The notes below the pieces were generated by a model. The model was not told where the DNA came from. It was given only the letters and a program-made list of their open reading frames with translations, and made no database searches. The position numbers were made by a program, and so were the translations under genes. A DNA stretch of 64,000 nt. Origin: Methanomethylovorans hollandica DSM 15978. GTDB taxonomy: Archaea > Halobacteriota > Methanosarcinia > Methanosarcinales > Methanosarcinaceae. The stretch covers positions 1,914,011 through 1,978,010 of the forward strand of contig NC_019977.1 of the NCBI RefSeq assembly GCF_000328665.1. Reading direction: 5' to 3'. Below are positions 11,824 to 22,080 of the stretch, piece by piece. The first letter of the stretch is position 1. The number at the start of each line of letters is the position of its first letter.

Positions 11824-12780
11824 ATGAAAGATTACTTGAGGAAAAAAAATAAAATAAAAGGCAGAAACAAAAAAGCTGTTGTGAAGGACATCCAATTGCG
11901 CAGCATTGCAATTGGAATAGGTATTGTCCTGATCCTCACAGGGATCGTAGGGATATTATACAACATTCAGAATTCTGAAGATTGGTCTGTCTCCGACGAA
12001 GGCATATTGTCCTATGACCTTCCGGAGAGAACAGATTATTCAATCACTGATGTTAACACATCAGAAGATGGTGATGTACTAAAATATTTGACATTTAAAA
12101 GCGAGGATGAAATCATCGGGGGACTTATGCGTTTTCCTTCATACGGTGATAAAGTCCCTGGCATAGTAGTGCTCCCGGGGGCAGGAGTAACTAAGGAAGG
12201 ACAGCAGAGACTTGCATCCGACCTTGCAGATATGGGATATGCCACGATCACTATAGACCAGCGCAACATAGGAGTTGTGGACCCTGTAAAAGACCTCGCA
12301 CTGTTCAATGAAGGAAAAGAAAGCTCAGAATACCGCATGGTGTATGATGCACTCATGGCTGCAGAAGTATTAAGAGATCAGAAGGAAGTGGATCCTGAAA
12401 AGATAGCTATGCTCGGAATAAGTAATGGTGGGAGGTTTGCCATAATTGCAGCAGCCCTTGATCCTAAAATTAAAGGAGTTGTAGGTATCAGCACATCCGG
12501 GTATGGAACAGGCTCAATTGATAAAAACAATGTCGATGAAAACACGTTCACTTTTTACAGGTCCATAGATCCTGATAGCTACATAGCAACAATATCCCCC
12601 CGCAAAGTGATTATGTTTCATGCATCCGATGATACTGTAGTTCCCTACAGTATGGCCCAAGATACCTTTGAACTGGCCAGAGAACCAAAATCAATGTATA
12701 CGATCAATGGCAGCAGTCACGGATACGATATGTCTTCAAAAGAAGATTTAGAAAAGGAATTCTCAATAATCCTTGGTTAA
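11824..12780 (+). CDS. Membrane-anchored alpha/beta hydrolase
   Basis: N-terminal TM helix; nucleophile elbow GISNGG; candidate Asp (SDDTVV) and His (SSHGY). Confidence 0.85.
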   Translation: MKDYLRKKNKIKGRNKKAVVKDIQLRSIAIGIGIVLILTGIVGILYNIQNSEDWSVSDEGILSYDLPERTDYSITDVNTSEDGDVLKYLTFKSEDEIIGGLMRFPSYGDKVPGIVVLPGAGVTKEGQQRLASDLADMGYATITIDQRNIGVVDPVKDLALFNEGKESSEYRMVYDALMAAEVLRDQKEVDPEKIAMLGISNGGRFAIIAAALDPKIKGVVGISTSGYGTGSIDKNNVDENTFTFYRSIDPDSYIATISPRKVIMFHASDDTVVPYSMAQDTFELAREPKSMYTINGSSHGYDMSSKEDLEKEFSIILG

Positions 12781-12797
12781 TAAAAATAAACTATTAT

Positions 12798-13541
12798 ATG
12801 CAACCTGAAAAGAAAAAGGGGAAACTCATGAAGCTTGAAACACAGGCTGTACCCAGTACCGAGAAACTAACCTGTATTATGTTCGATATGGACAATACAC
12901 TTTTTGATTTTGTGGAAGCAAAGATACGAGCCTGCCAGGAAATAGTGCAACACATTGGATGTGGAGATGCCCTGGAACTTTTCCAGTACTTCAGAAGACC
13001 GGGCCATGGCTTTGAAGACTGGAACAATATCCTGGATTACATTGCAGATAAAGGTGTATTTTCACGATCTGTGTATGATGAATGTTGCCAGATATATGAA
13101 ACTGAGAAATTAAAAGCTGTAGACCCATATCCTAACGCTGTTCATACTATAAGGGAACTTAAGGAGATGGGGCTTAAAATTGCGATCCTTACCGATGCAT
13201 ATAGCAATAATGCAAAAAAGAGGCTGGAGAAAACAGGATTTACCCAATGGCTGGATGCCCTCTTCTGCGCAGACATTACAGGTTCAAGCAAACCTTCACA
13301 TCAGACCTTTCTTTTTGCCTTGAATGCACTCGGCCTGCAACCATATGAAACTCTGTTTGTTGGTGACAGCCTGCACAGGGATATCGCACCTTCAAAGGCT
13401 TTAGGAATGCTCACTGCCTATGCAGCTTACGGAGACCGGAACGGCGACATGAACAAAAGATCTGAAGCTATATCTCCTGACTTTATATTGAACGATATAA
13501 GCGAAGTTCTGAACCTATTTGGACCTGGAAAAAGGGCATAA
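12798..13541 (+). CDS. HAD-superfamily hydrolase
   Basis: FDMDNTL motif I, ILTD motif II, SKP and VGDSLHRD motifs III/IV. Confidence 0.92.
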   Translation: MQPEKKKGKLMKLETQAVPSTEKLTCIMFDMDNTLFDFVEAKIRACQEIVQHIGCGDALELFQYFRRPGHGFEDWNNILDYIADKGVFSRSVYDECCQIYETEKLKAVDPYPNAVHTIRELKEMGLKIAILTDAYSNNAKKRLEKTGFTQWLDALFCADITGSSKPSHQTFLFALNALGLQPYETLFVGDSLHRDIAPSKALGMLTAYAAYGDRNGDMNKRSEAISPDFILNDISEVLNLFGPGKRA

Positions 13542-13543
13542 CT

Positions 13544-14737
13544 ATGCAGTACGATGTCATTGTTGTGGGAGGTGGGCCAGTTGGTTCAACTGCAGCGCGC
13601 TATGCAGCCCAGGAAGGAGCAAAGGTGTTGCTCATCGAAGAGAACGCAGTTATAGGTTCTCCCGTGGGATGTACCGGCCTGCTCAGCACACGTGCAGTAA
13701 AAGAATGTGATGCAGAGCCTTCGGAAGAGTTTGTCCTTAATTCCGTCAGAGGAGCTTGTGTCCATCCGCCTTCTGAAATCCCATTACCCATAGATGGAGG
13801 CAGGACCAAAGCGTACGTAGTTTCACGAAAAATGTTTGACAGAAAACTTTTCAGGATGGCGATAGATACCGGAGTTGACGTAATGCTCAGGACACGTGCA
13901 GTAGGAATGCAGCGCAGCAACGATGTGCAAACCCTCAGCGTGCTTGAAAGAGGAAAACAAGAAAATATCCAGGCAAAGGTCATCATAGCTGCAGATGGGG
14001 TACGCAGTAATATGGCAAAGATGGCGGGTCTTGGCAATGTACAGAGGATCATGCCCGGCATACAGATAGAAGCTCCATACCGTTCTGATGATCCTGATTT
14101 TGTGGAACTTTTCGTTGGTTCCAGAGCGCCTGGTCTTTTTGCCTGGACCGTACCTGTGGATGAACATATTTCCAGAATAGGACTGGCAACTGATACCATC
14201 GATGGTCCTGAAACTTATGAATACCTGCAGTGGCTGCTTCAACATAATCCTCACATTAGGTCGAGATACGGAGGCGGGCAAACAGATATGGTATTCGGGG
14301 GTATACCTATTGGACCCTTACGCAGGACCTATGCTGATGGAATAATGATCGCTGGTGATGCTGCAGGCCAGGTTAAACCCACTTCTGGAGGTGGCATATA
14401 CACAGGTGCCGTATGTGCAAAAATTGCTGCAAAGGTAGCAGTATCCCTGGGTGACGATGCATCTGCGGGTAGTTTACAGCAATACGAGAAAAAATGGAAA
14501 GCTTCCATAGGCAAAGAACTCAGTATGGGAATGAGGATCCATGATTTCATAAAGGGACTCAGCGATAACGAGCTTGATGAACTGCTGGGTGCCATGAACA
14601 CGCCATTGATCCTGGATACGATCACAGAATACGGGGATATGGATCACCCTTCAGTACTCATCAGAAAAATGCTTGACCCAAGAAGGTCAGCTCACATGCT
14701 GAAGCTGTTCACAGCCTTTGCAAAGGCTGTGTTGTAA
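13544..14737 (+). CDS. Geranylgeranyl reductase family FAD-dependent reductase
   Basis: GGGPVG FAD motif, SRKMFD, IAADG, AGDAAGQVKPTSGGGI. Confidence 0.9.
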   Translation: MQYDVIVVGGGPVGSTAARYAAQEGAKVLLIEENAVIGSPVGCTGLLSTRAVKECDAEPSEEFVLNSVRGACVHPPSEIPLPIDGGRTKAYVVSRKMFDRKLFRMAIDTGVDVMLRTRAVGMQRSNDVQTLSVLERGKQENIQAKVIIAADGVRSNMAKMAGLGNVQRIMPGIQIEAPYRSDDPDFVELFVGSRAPGLFAWTVPVDEHISRIGLATDTIDGPETYEYLQWLLQHNPHIRSRYGGGQTDMVFGGIPIGPLRRTYADGIMIAGDAAGQVKPTSGGGIYTGAVCAKIAAKVAVSLGDDASAGSLQQYEKKWKASIGKELSMGMRIHDFIKGLSDNELDELLGAMNTPLILDTITEYGDMDHPSVLIRKMLDPRRSAHMLKLFTAFAKAVL

Positions 14738-14795
14738 GGTCGCAGGACATTTAATAATATAACAACAAATAACATGAGTATGAATAATATAAAAA

Positions 14796-15299
14796 TCATG
14801 ATACGTTTACTCCTTTTACGCTTTTTAGATTGAGCAGCTTTTCTACTACTTCTCCAGAGATCTTACTGTCAGTGATGATTGTAAGGCGTGGCTCACTCGT
14901 AAAATAAGGATCATCAGAAACAGCCTGCCTTATACTGATCCCATGATCTGAGATCACACCTGCGACATCTGCGATTATGCCCGAATGTGCTGCATCATCT
15001 GGAATTATGATTATTACCCCAAGACCAAGAGAAGGAGCTACATCCCGTAGAAGTGGCATTGAATGAACTTTCTCAAATATATTTTTCAAAAGAGGATCTT
15101 CAAGTATAGCCTCTGTAGTAGAGTCCACCACACGCCTGTCCACCCCTACCTCCCGGGCAAGCTGGGTATGGGGGATCTCTATCTTACCGGATGTAACCTT
15201 TCCATCTTGATTGACCTGAAAACCCCTCTCAAAAAGAAGCCTTATGACTTTCTGCTGTGCTGGGTGTTTTTCGAATTTTTGCATTATGGAGCTCCACAT
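14796..15299 (-). CDS. ACT-domain regulator of amino acid metabolism (archaeal HTH-ACT family)
   Basis: N-terminal HTH-like LAREVGVDRRVV; C-terminal ACT GIIADVAGVISDHGISIRQ. Confidence 0.8.
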   Translation of the reverse strand: MWSSIMQKFEKHPAQQKVIRLLFERGFQVNQDGKVTSGKIEIPHTQLAREVGVDRRVVDSTTEAILEDPLLKNIFEKVHSMPLLRDVAPSLGLGVIIIIPDDAAHSGIIADVAGVISDHGISIRQAVSDDPYFTSEPRLTIITDSKISGEVVEKLLNLKSVKGVNVS

Positions 15300-15516
15300 G
15301 GTCTATAGATTGGCTTTTAAATTATAAATCCTTAAGGTAGATAAACAAAGAAAACCTTTTAATCTGAACACACATGTAGAATAGCAGTATTTTGTACACA
15401 CCTGCCAGGATGATCTGGTGATCTATAGGATCATTTAGGATTATGCCTTTAAAAGCAGGCTGTGAACTTTTTATTTTGCCAGAATAGAGTTATGTTGACG
15501 CTGTTGGAGGAAATAT

Positions 15517-16818
15517 ATGAAGACATACCGGGACTATGATGACCTGCCTAAGATAGAACTTCCCTATGGGAAGGAGGTGTCGATCAGTGACAGTACTTTG
15601 AGGGACGGAGCCCAGATGCCGGGCATTGTTATGAGAAGCAAGCACAAAGTGCAGATATACGAATATCTGCATATGATCGGCATTGAAAAACTGGAAACCT
15701 TTGTCTATAATGAAAGGGATAGAAAGGCTATCAAGCTTATGCAGGACAAAGGGTATGAATTCCCGGAAATAACAGGATGGGCCCGTGCAAATCCTGCGGA
15801 TATCGACATGGTCCTTAATGTTGACGGAATAGAAGAAACAGGCATACTCATGTCCGTGTCGGACCCCCATATCTACGATAAGATGAAACTTCCTACCAGG
15901 GAAGCAGCTCAGGAAAAGTATCTCAATGCTTTACAATATGCAGTAGACCACGGATTGCGGACACGCGCTCATATAGAAGATATGACCCGTGCCGATAATT
16001 ATGATTTCGTTTTCCCCCTGGTAGAAAAGATACTTGAAATCGATCCAGACTGCACTATCCGGATCTGTGACACCATAGGATATGGCATCCCTTTTATGAA
16101 TGTGGATGAACCCTACGGAATACCCACTATTGTCAAATACCTGAAAAATGAACTCGGTGCAAAGAACATAGAAACTCACTGCCATGATGACTTCGGGCTT
16201 GCAGTTGCAAACTCTCTGGCAGGCTACTGGCACGGTGCCAACTGGTCTAATGTGACGTATCTGGGCATTGGCGAGAGAGCAGGTAATGCAGAAATGGAGA
16301 AACTTTTGGTATTCCTCAAAAGGCGCATCAAGGGTTTTGAGAAATATGACCTGAGCTGTCTTGTGGAATTTGCTAAATTTATGGAGAAGGAGATCGGCAT
16401 ACGGATACCCAGGAATAAATCCGTGGTGGGACAGAATGTATTTGCTCACGAGTCGGGCATCCATACGGCAGGCGTCATCAAGAATCCCTTCACATATGAA
16501 CCATATCCGCCCGAGATAGTTGGGGGCCAAAGGAACTTCCTCATAGGGGATTCTTCGGGAATTGAGGTGCTTAAGTTCAAAGTACAGGAAACACTAAAAG
16601 AAATGATGGATGTTCACATAGAGGTAGATAAGAACGATAAGCGTCTAAGGAATATACAGGCAGACATTCAGAGACTCTTCAATGAAGATGAGAGAGTTTC
16701 CTGCATTTCCGATGAGGAGATCCGCGCCTATGTCAAAAAATACTTTATGTTCAACCCCATAGTGGACCAGGAGCTGCATCGCAGAGAGGATGACGAAAGT
16801 CCGGATAACACAATCTGA
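15517..16818 (+). CDS. DRE-TIM acyltransferase of the LeuA/homocitrate synthase superfamily, Re-citrate synthase-like
   Basis: DSTLRDGAQ, HCHDD, GIGERAGN, AHESGIH; lacks the LeuA regulatory domain; GYEFPEITGW and HIEDMTRAD segments resemble Re-citrate synthases. Confidence 0.8.
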   Translation: MKTYRDYDDLPKIELPYGKEVSISDSTLRDGAQMPGIVMRSKHKVQIYEYLHMIGIEKLETFVYNERDRKAIKLMQDKGYEFPEITGWARANPADIDMVLNVDGIEETGILMSVSDPHIYDKMKLPTREAAQEKYLNALQYAVDHGLRTRAHIEDMTRADNYDFVFPLVEKILEIDPDCTIRICDTIGYGIPFMNVDEPYGIPTIVKYLKNELGAKNIETHCHDDFGLAVANSLAGYWHGANWSNVTYLGIGERAGNAEMEKLLVFLKRRIKGFEKYDLSCLVEFAKFMEKEIGIRIPRNKSVVGQNVFAHESGIHTAGVIKNPFTYEPYPPEIVGGQRNFLIGDSSGIEVLKFKVQETLKEMMDVHIEVDKNDKRLRNIQADIQRLFNEDERVSCISDEEIRAYVKKYFMFNPIVDQELHRREDDESPDNTI

Positions 16819-16880
16819 AGCAAACAACAAGAAATTAAACCACGCATGTATGGCGAAGTGGACTGAATTGTAAAAAACAA

Positions 16881-16916
16881 GTGGTGCTAACTGTAAAAAG
16901 CAGTTATGTCCACCAC
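16881..16916. terminator. Hairpin between convergent genes
   Basis: GTGGTG-CTAACTG...CAGTTA..CACCAC with an A-run upstream and a T-run downstream. Confidence 0.55.
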
Positions 16917-16981
16917 TAATATTCTTTTTTGAAATCTTAACTAAAATGGGTTAAATGAGATTGTATAAAAAAGCGAAGCTG

Positions 16982-18010
16982 TTACTTCAGCTCCTCTGCA
17001 GTATATTTTGCGATCGTATTTGTCATTTCACTAAGCTTTGCATTGCCTCCCAGGTCATAGGTAACATACTTACCTTCAGATATGACACGCTCAGTAGCCC
17101 TGAATATAGCGTCTGACTGTGCGGATTCACCCAGATATCCGAGCATCCAGGCACCTGCAAGCACTGTTGCTACAGGATTCACTTTATCCAATCCAGCATA
17201 TTTGGGTGCAGAACCGTGAGCTGGCTCGAACATGGCGAAATTATCGCCTATATTGGCAGAATATATCAGGCCGATGCTTCCCACAAGAGCAGAACATTCC
17301 TCACTGAGCACATCCATGAACAGGTTCGTGGAAAGTAATACTTTGTTGTTGAATATCTGCGGGTTCTTAATCAGCTGCTGTGCGATATTGTCGATGTGGT
17401 ATTCCCACACTTCAATACCCGGATATTTCTGAGCTGTCTTGTTGACTTCTTCCAGGAACAGGCCACATGTGCGCCTGAGAATATTACTCTTGTGGATAGC
17501 CACAACGGTATCATAATTTCTTCTTTTGGCCTCCTCAAAAGCATATCTTGCAACCTTGCCGCTTGCTGTGCGAGTGATCTTCCTAATGGCTATGGCCACA
17601 TCATCGGTGAGACGTATCTCCTCGCCCACATACAGCCCTTCCGTACCTTCACGGACACACACAAAATCAACATCACCAAGAGGTCTGCTGGTGTTCGGGA
17701 AGGTCTTGATGGGGCGCACGTTGGCATAAAGATCATATTTCTGCCTGATAGAAACAGCCACGCTTCTAGGGGCTCCCACTATACCAGGGGTTGTTGTAGG
17801 ACCCTTGTAACATGCATTAGAATCGTCAAGTATATCCCAGGTCTCATCAGGGACAAGAGAATTTCCACCATGCTGCTCCCACCATGTGGCACCGGCATCA
17901 CAGGTTATGAACTCCACATCAGTTCCGGCAGCTTCCATTACCTTGAACATCGCATCCACAAGTTCGGGACCTACACCATCTCCTTTAATTACTGCTGCAG
18001 TCTTGCTCAC
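16982..18010 (-). CDS. Isocitrate/isopropylmalate dehydrogenase family protein, probably NADP-dependent isocitrate dehydrogenase
   Basis: GDGVGPE, KGPTTTP, RSVAVSIRQ, HKSN, FEPAHGSAPKYAG (KY favours NADP); GTG start with GGTGA RBS. Confidence 0.85.
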   Translation of the reverse strand: MSKTAAVIKGDGVGPELVDAMFKVMEAAGTDVEFITCDAGATWWEQHGGNSLVPDETWDILDDSNACYKGPTTTPGIVGAPRSVAVSIRQKYDLYANVRPIKTFPNTSRPLGDVDFVCVREGTEGLYVGEEIRLTDDVAIAIRKITRTASGKVARYAFEEAKRRNYDTVVAIHKSNILRRTCGLFLEEVNKTAQKYPGIEVWEYHIDNIAQQLIKNPQIFNNKVLLSTNLFMDVLSEECSALVGSIGLIYSANIGDNFAMFEPAHGSAPKYAGLDKVNPVATVLAGAWMLGYLGESAQSDAIFRATERVISEGKYVTYDLGGNAKLSEMTNTIAKYTAEELK

Positions 18011-18105
18011 TATTAATCACCGACCATTCTAAAGGCATAAGTCACTTTTAAGCCTTCGCCATAAAACACGAAACTTTAATCCTCCTGTAACATATATATT
18101 CCAGT

Positions 18106-18948
18106 ATGATTGGCAATTTCCCCATAACAGACGAACACATGCATATAGATCCCAGAGGTAAAGGGCTTGAAGCTGTCAAGGAGTTCCAGCAGGCAGGAGG
18201 AACACATATATTCCTTGTGATGAAGCCATCATGGACACTAGGTGTCAAAGTCACCAAGCCTGAAGACCAGATAGCTGTTTTTGAAGAGACCATAGAAATA
18301 TCCAGGAAGATAAATGAAACCGGTGTAAAGTCTTTCCCAGTGCTTGGAGTGCATCCTGCCGAGATCACACATCTTCTCGAGTACATGGACCTGCAAACTG
18401 CAATGAAAACGATGAAAGGAGGACTGGACATAGCTGCCGGATATGTAGAAAAAGGGTTTGCGGTGGGCTTGAAAAGCGGGAGGCCACACTATCCAGTCAT
18501 ACCGGAAGTATGGAATGCTTCCAATGAAATAATGGAACACGCTTTCACCCTGGCAAAAGACCTGGATTGTGCCGTGCAGCTGCATACGGAAAGCGTCGGA
18601 GAGCCTGAACTGGAGGACATTGCCGCCCGGGCCAGGAAAACTGGAATCAGCCTTCACAAAGTGGTTAAGCATTATGCTCCCCCCCTGGTGAATGTCTGTG
18701 AACAGCTTGGCATATTTCCGGGAGTACTGGCAGGCAAGGGAGCCATAGAAGAGGCATTGGCACAGGGCACCAGGTTCATGATGGAAACGGATTACATAGA
18801 CGACCCGCAAAGGCCTGGGGCTGTGCTTGGGCCTAGGACCATACCTAAAAGGACATTAAAACTTGCCGAAGAGTACGGAGAGGAGCCCTTCTGGAAGATC
18901 CACAAGCAAAACCCCGAGCTTGTATATGATGTAGATATCGAGCTTTGA
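18106..18948 (+). CDS. TatD-related metal-dependent hydrolase
   Basis: DEHMH, GVHP, QLHTE, VKHY, METDY motifs. Confidence 0.88.
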   Translation: MIGNFPITDEHMHIDPRGKGLEAVKEFQQAGGTHIFLVMKPSWTLGVKVTKPEDQIAVFEETIEISRKINETGVKSFPVLGVHPAEITHLLEYMDLQTAMKTMKGGLDIAAGYVEKGFAVGLKSGRPHYPVIPEVWNASNEIMEHAFTLAKDLDCAVQLHTESVGEPELEDIAARARKTGISLHKVVKHYAPPLVNVCEQLGIFPGVLAGKGAIEEALAQGTRFMMETDYIDDPQRPGAVLGPRTIPKRTLKLAEEYGEEPFWKIHKQNPELVYDVDIEL

Positions 18949-18960
18949 TAATTGTTACAG

Positions 18961-20280
18961 TCACTCTGCAAGCAGAATGTAGATATCCATCACATTTGTG
19001 CCCGTCTCACCGATCTTATGCAGGTCATCAATACCGTCAAAGAAAGTGTATGAGTCATGTGAAGCCAACATAGTTCTCGCATCCATACCTTGCATTGATG
19101 CTTTTTCCACACTGTTTCCATCAGCAAATGCACCGGCTGCATCAGTGGGACCATCGATACCATCCGTACCGGCTGCAAGGAACAACACACCTTCGTGATC
19201 TTCCGTCTCTATTGCGAAGGATAAGGCCATTTCCTGACATCTGCCTCCCTTACCCCCATTCTTTAAGGTTACAGTGGTTTCCCCTCCTGCTACAATACAG
19301 GCAGGTCTTGGCATCGGTCTTGCATGCAACAGCTCACTCCTTGCTAAGGCAGCAAACACTTTTGCTATCTCTTTGGACTCACCTGAGATATAAGAGCTCA
19401 AAAGCAGCGTATTATACCCCATCTCGGAAGCCTTCTTTGCAGCAGCCTCCAGAGCGATACAATTGGTACCTACCAACTTGATATAACATAGGTCGAACAC
19501 AGGATCCCCTGCTTTGAGGGTTTCTTCAATTAATCCGTTCAGTCCGTCCTCGAGTAAACGGCTGATGGAAGGAAGAAGTGTGATGTGGTATCTTTCTACA
19601 ATATCATTGAAATCTTCGAATGTCGATGAATCGGGCACTGTAGGGCCAGAAGCAACTACATCAAGAGGATCGCCCACTACATCTGAAAGCACGAGGCTGA
19701 TAGATTGTGCAGGAAAAGCCATTCTTGCAAGGCCTCCGCCCTTTACCATGGACAGGTGTTTTCTTACAGTATTGATCTCTTTTATCGTTGCCCCAGAGGT
19801 AAGCATAGTTTCATGGAGCTTAACAAACTCCTTGAAAGATACATCCTTGCGCGGAAGGGCTAAAAGAGAAGAACCGCCACCAGAGATGAGGAAAATAACG
19901 AGATCATCTTTTTCAGTCCTGGATAAGATTTCCTTTACCATCTGCCCTGCTTTGAGGCTGTTCTCATCCGGAAGAGGATGTGCTGCCTCATATACCTCGA
20001 TACGTTCGAGTTTACTCCCAAGCCCGTATTTAGTGATCAACATACCTTTAAGAGGTAGATCATGAAGAATTTCTTCAAGAGCTTTTGACATGGGCACTGA
20101 GGCTTTTCCAAAAGCTATTACATATATGTTTTGGAAGTTGTCCAGATCATATGAACGGGTCCCCACCCGTAATGTGTTCTTATCTCTTGCCAATGCCCTT
20201 TTGACAGCAACAGAAGGCTCCACAGCCTCTATAGCACTTTTAAGGATTTCAGCTGCATCTTTTTTTAGACCATTGCGCAT
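18961..20280 (-). CDS. Glycerate 2-kinase (MOFRL family)
   Basis: FGKAS, AHPLP, LISGGGSSL, SDVVGD..IASGPT-like, GGETTV, GTDGIDG, TGTNVMD. Confidence 0.92.
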   Translation of the reverse strand: MRNGLKKDAAEILKSAIEAVEPSVAVKRALARDKNTLRVGTRSYDLDNFQNIYVIAFGKASVPMSKALEEILHDLPLKGMLITKYGLGSKLERIEVYEAAHPLPDENSLKAGQMVKEILSRTEKDDLVIFLISGGGSSLLALPRKDVSFKEFVKLHETMLTSGATIKEINTVRKHLSMVKGGGLARMAFPAQSISLVLSDVVGDPLDVVASGPTVPDSSTFEDFNDIVERYHITLLPSISRLLEDGLNGLIEETLKAGDPVFDLCYIKLVGTNCIALEAAAKKASEMGYNTLLLSSYISGESKEIAKVFAALARSELLHARPMPRPACIVAGGETTVTLKNGGKGGRCQEMALSFAIETEDHEGVLFLAAGTDGIDGPTDAAGAFADGNSVEKASMQGMDARTMLASHDSYTFFDGIDDLHKIGETGTNVMDIYILLAE

Positions 20281-20533
20281 AACTATTCACTCAAGAAATT
20301 GTATACTTGTTCATTATCTACCAGCTTTTTATATGATTTCCTCTAGTCCGACCTTAAACCTGCACTTATGCACAATAAATATGTATTAACATGAACAACT
20401 GCAAGCTATAAGCCATAATATCACTACTACAGGAAACTGTGGCAGAACAACACTTGCTCCATCTACTTAAATCTTCTCAATTTATCCAGCTATATAGTTT
20501 TCAAAGAGCAGGAATAAACCGGATATAAGATAC

Positions 20534-20899
20534 CTAAAGATCACAAAGCCTGCACACAGAGCTTTCACATACCTCATTGCTGAACTTCCATTTCAGACCC
20601 CATGCCTTAATATCCCTTATTATTGATATAAAATCTTCTCCGCTGGTGGTAAGAGAATACTCACAGCGAACCGGAAGTACGGAATCATCGATGACCTTTT
20701 GTATCAACCCCTCTTCTTCCAGTTCTTTTAACCTGGCAGAAAGGGTCTTTGGGGTGATGTCCTTCAACTTGCGCTTAAGTTCGTTGAAACCTTTTTCACC
20801 TTTTTCACCTTTATGAAGTTCAAATAAGATGTAGAGAGACCATTTTTTGCCAATGATATCCACTGTTTTATAAACGGTACAATCCTTCATAGTATCCAT
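20534..20899 (-). CDS. HxlR/DUF24 winged-helix regulator
   Basis: CTVYKTVDIIGKKW, FNELKRKL.DITPKTLSARLKELE, EYSLT; C-terminal CxxxxCxxC; start 20899 or 20890. Confidence 0.9.
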   Translation of the reverse strand: MDTMKDCTVYKTVDIIGKKWSLYILFELHKGEKGEKGFNELKRKLKDITPKTLSARLKELEEEGLIQKVIDDSVLPVRCEYSLTTSGEDFISIIRDIKAWGLKWKFSNEVCESSVCRLCDL

Positions 20900-21015
20900 A
20901 TAGAAACTATAAAGTATATAAACCAATATCCTATTTATACTAAATATCATAAAGATACTAAACAGAATGGGAAAAGCCGATCAACCTACCTACTTATTTC
21001 AAAGAGTGATACATC

Positions 21016-21348
21016 ATGCAGTTTCTAAACAAAACCCCTTCGGGGGAAGTACTTACAACATCCGGGCTGGTAAACTACCAGGAAGAAGCAGTCGTCAGCC
21101 GCACTCTCTCACAAACAAAAAATGGTACTGTAACTGTTTTTGCTTTCGACGAAGGACAGGGATTGAGTGAGCATACTGCCCCCTTTGACGCACTTGTATT
21201 CCTGCTGGAAGGAGAAGCCCAGGTAAACATACAGGAAAAAGAACACATGATCAAAGCAGGGGAAATGATCATAATGCCCGCAAACCAGCCACACAGCCTG
21301 ATGGCTTTAAAAAAGTTCAAAATGCTGTTGGTTATGTTGCGCTCTTGA
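21016..21348 (+). CDS. Cupin domain protein
   Basis: LSEHTAPFDALVFLLEGE and MPANQPHSL cupin motifs. Confidence 0.88.
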   Translation: MQFLNKTPSGEVLTTSGLVNYQEEAVVSRTLSQTKNGTVTVFAFDEGQGLSEHTAPFDALVFLLEGEAQVNIQEKEHMIKAGEMIIMPANQPHSLMALKKFKMLLVMLRS

Positions 21349-21356
21349 GGTACAGC

Positions 21357-21695
21357 ATGACAGATGATCAGTCCAAAAGAATCGCAGTAATAAGATGTGA
21401 CATCGTTTCAGAAGCTTGTCCTGGTGTCGGTTGTTTCATGGCATTTAATAATAGAAAGGAATATTTCAAGGAATACGGAAGTAACACTGAAATGGTGGCT
21501 TTCTTCACCTGCGGAGGATGTTCCGGACGCAGAATACATCGTCTTTTAAAGTCCCTTGGAAAGTTTAAAGTCGATGTAGTGCACCTCAGCTCATGTATGC
21601 AGATGGATAACTATCCAAAGTGTCCTCATATAGAGGAAATAAAACGGACAGTAAGGAATGCAGGCATGGAACTGGTGGAAGGTACGCATCATTAA
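21357..21695 (+). CDS. CGGC domain protein
   Basis: IRCD, CPGVGC, TCGGC, HLSSC, CPH, GTHH. Confidence 0.9.
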   Translation: MTDDQSKRIAVIRCDIVSEACPGVGCFMAFNNRKEYFKEYGSNTEMVAFFTCGGCSGRRIHRLLKSLGKFKVDVVHLSSCMQMDNYPKCPHIEEIKRTVRNAGMELVEGTHH

Positions 21696-21711
21696 GGAGC
21701 AATGAGTATCC

Positions 21712-22080
21712 ATGGTAATAAGGACTATAGTGAAAATAGATGAAGAGAAATGTAACGGCTGTGGAAAATGTATATCACCCTGTGCGGAAGGTGCAATACA
21801 GCTTATAAACGGCAAAGCAAGAGTGGTAGCAGAGGAACTCTGTGATGGCATGGGCTTTTGTATAGGCGTATGCCCACAAGGAGCTATCTCTGTGGAACAA
21901 AGGCAGACCATTGAATTCAACAGAGAAAAAGCAGAATCACAACCTCGCAGTACGGATATATCCATAAAATGTTTTAAATGCGAAAAAGGAGAGAATGAAA
22001 GATACCTCATACCCATGCGTTATCAGATGGAAAGTATCTGGGTATGTACACGCTGCCTGCCATCATTGATCCATGGATGA
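21712..22080 (+). CDS. 4Fe-4S ferredoxin-like protein with C-terminal Cys module
   Basis: CNGCGKCISPC and CDGMGFCIGVCP; C-terminal CFKC...CTRC. Confidence 0.88.
   Translation: MVIRTIVKIDEEKCNGCGKCISPCAEGAIQLINGKARVVAEELCDGMGFCIGVCPQGAISVEQRQTIEFNREKAESQPRSTDISIKCFKCEKGENERYLIPMRYQMESIWVCTRCLPSLIHG

Noticed and set aside
11605..11895. 96-aa minus-strand ORF
   Set aside because: Runs through the low-complexity TA tract and overlaps the hydrolase start; composition is not protein-like
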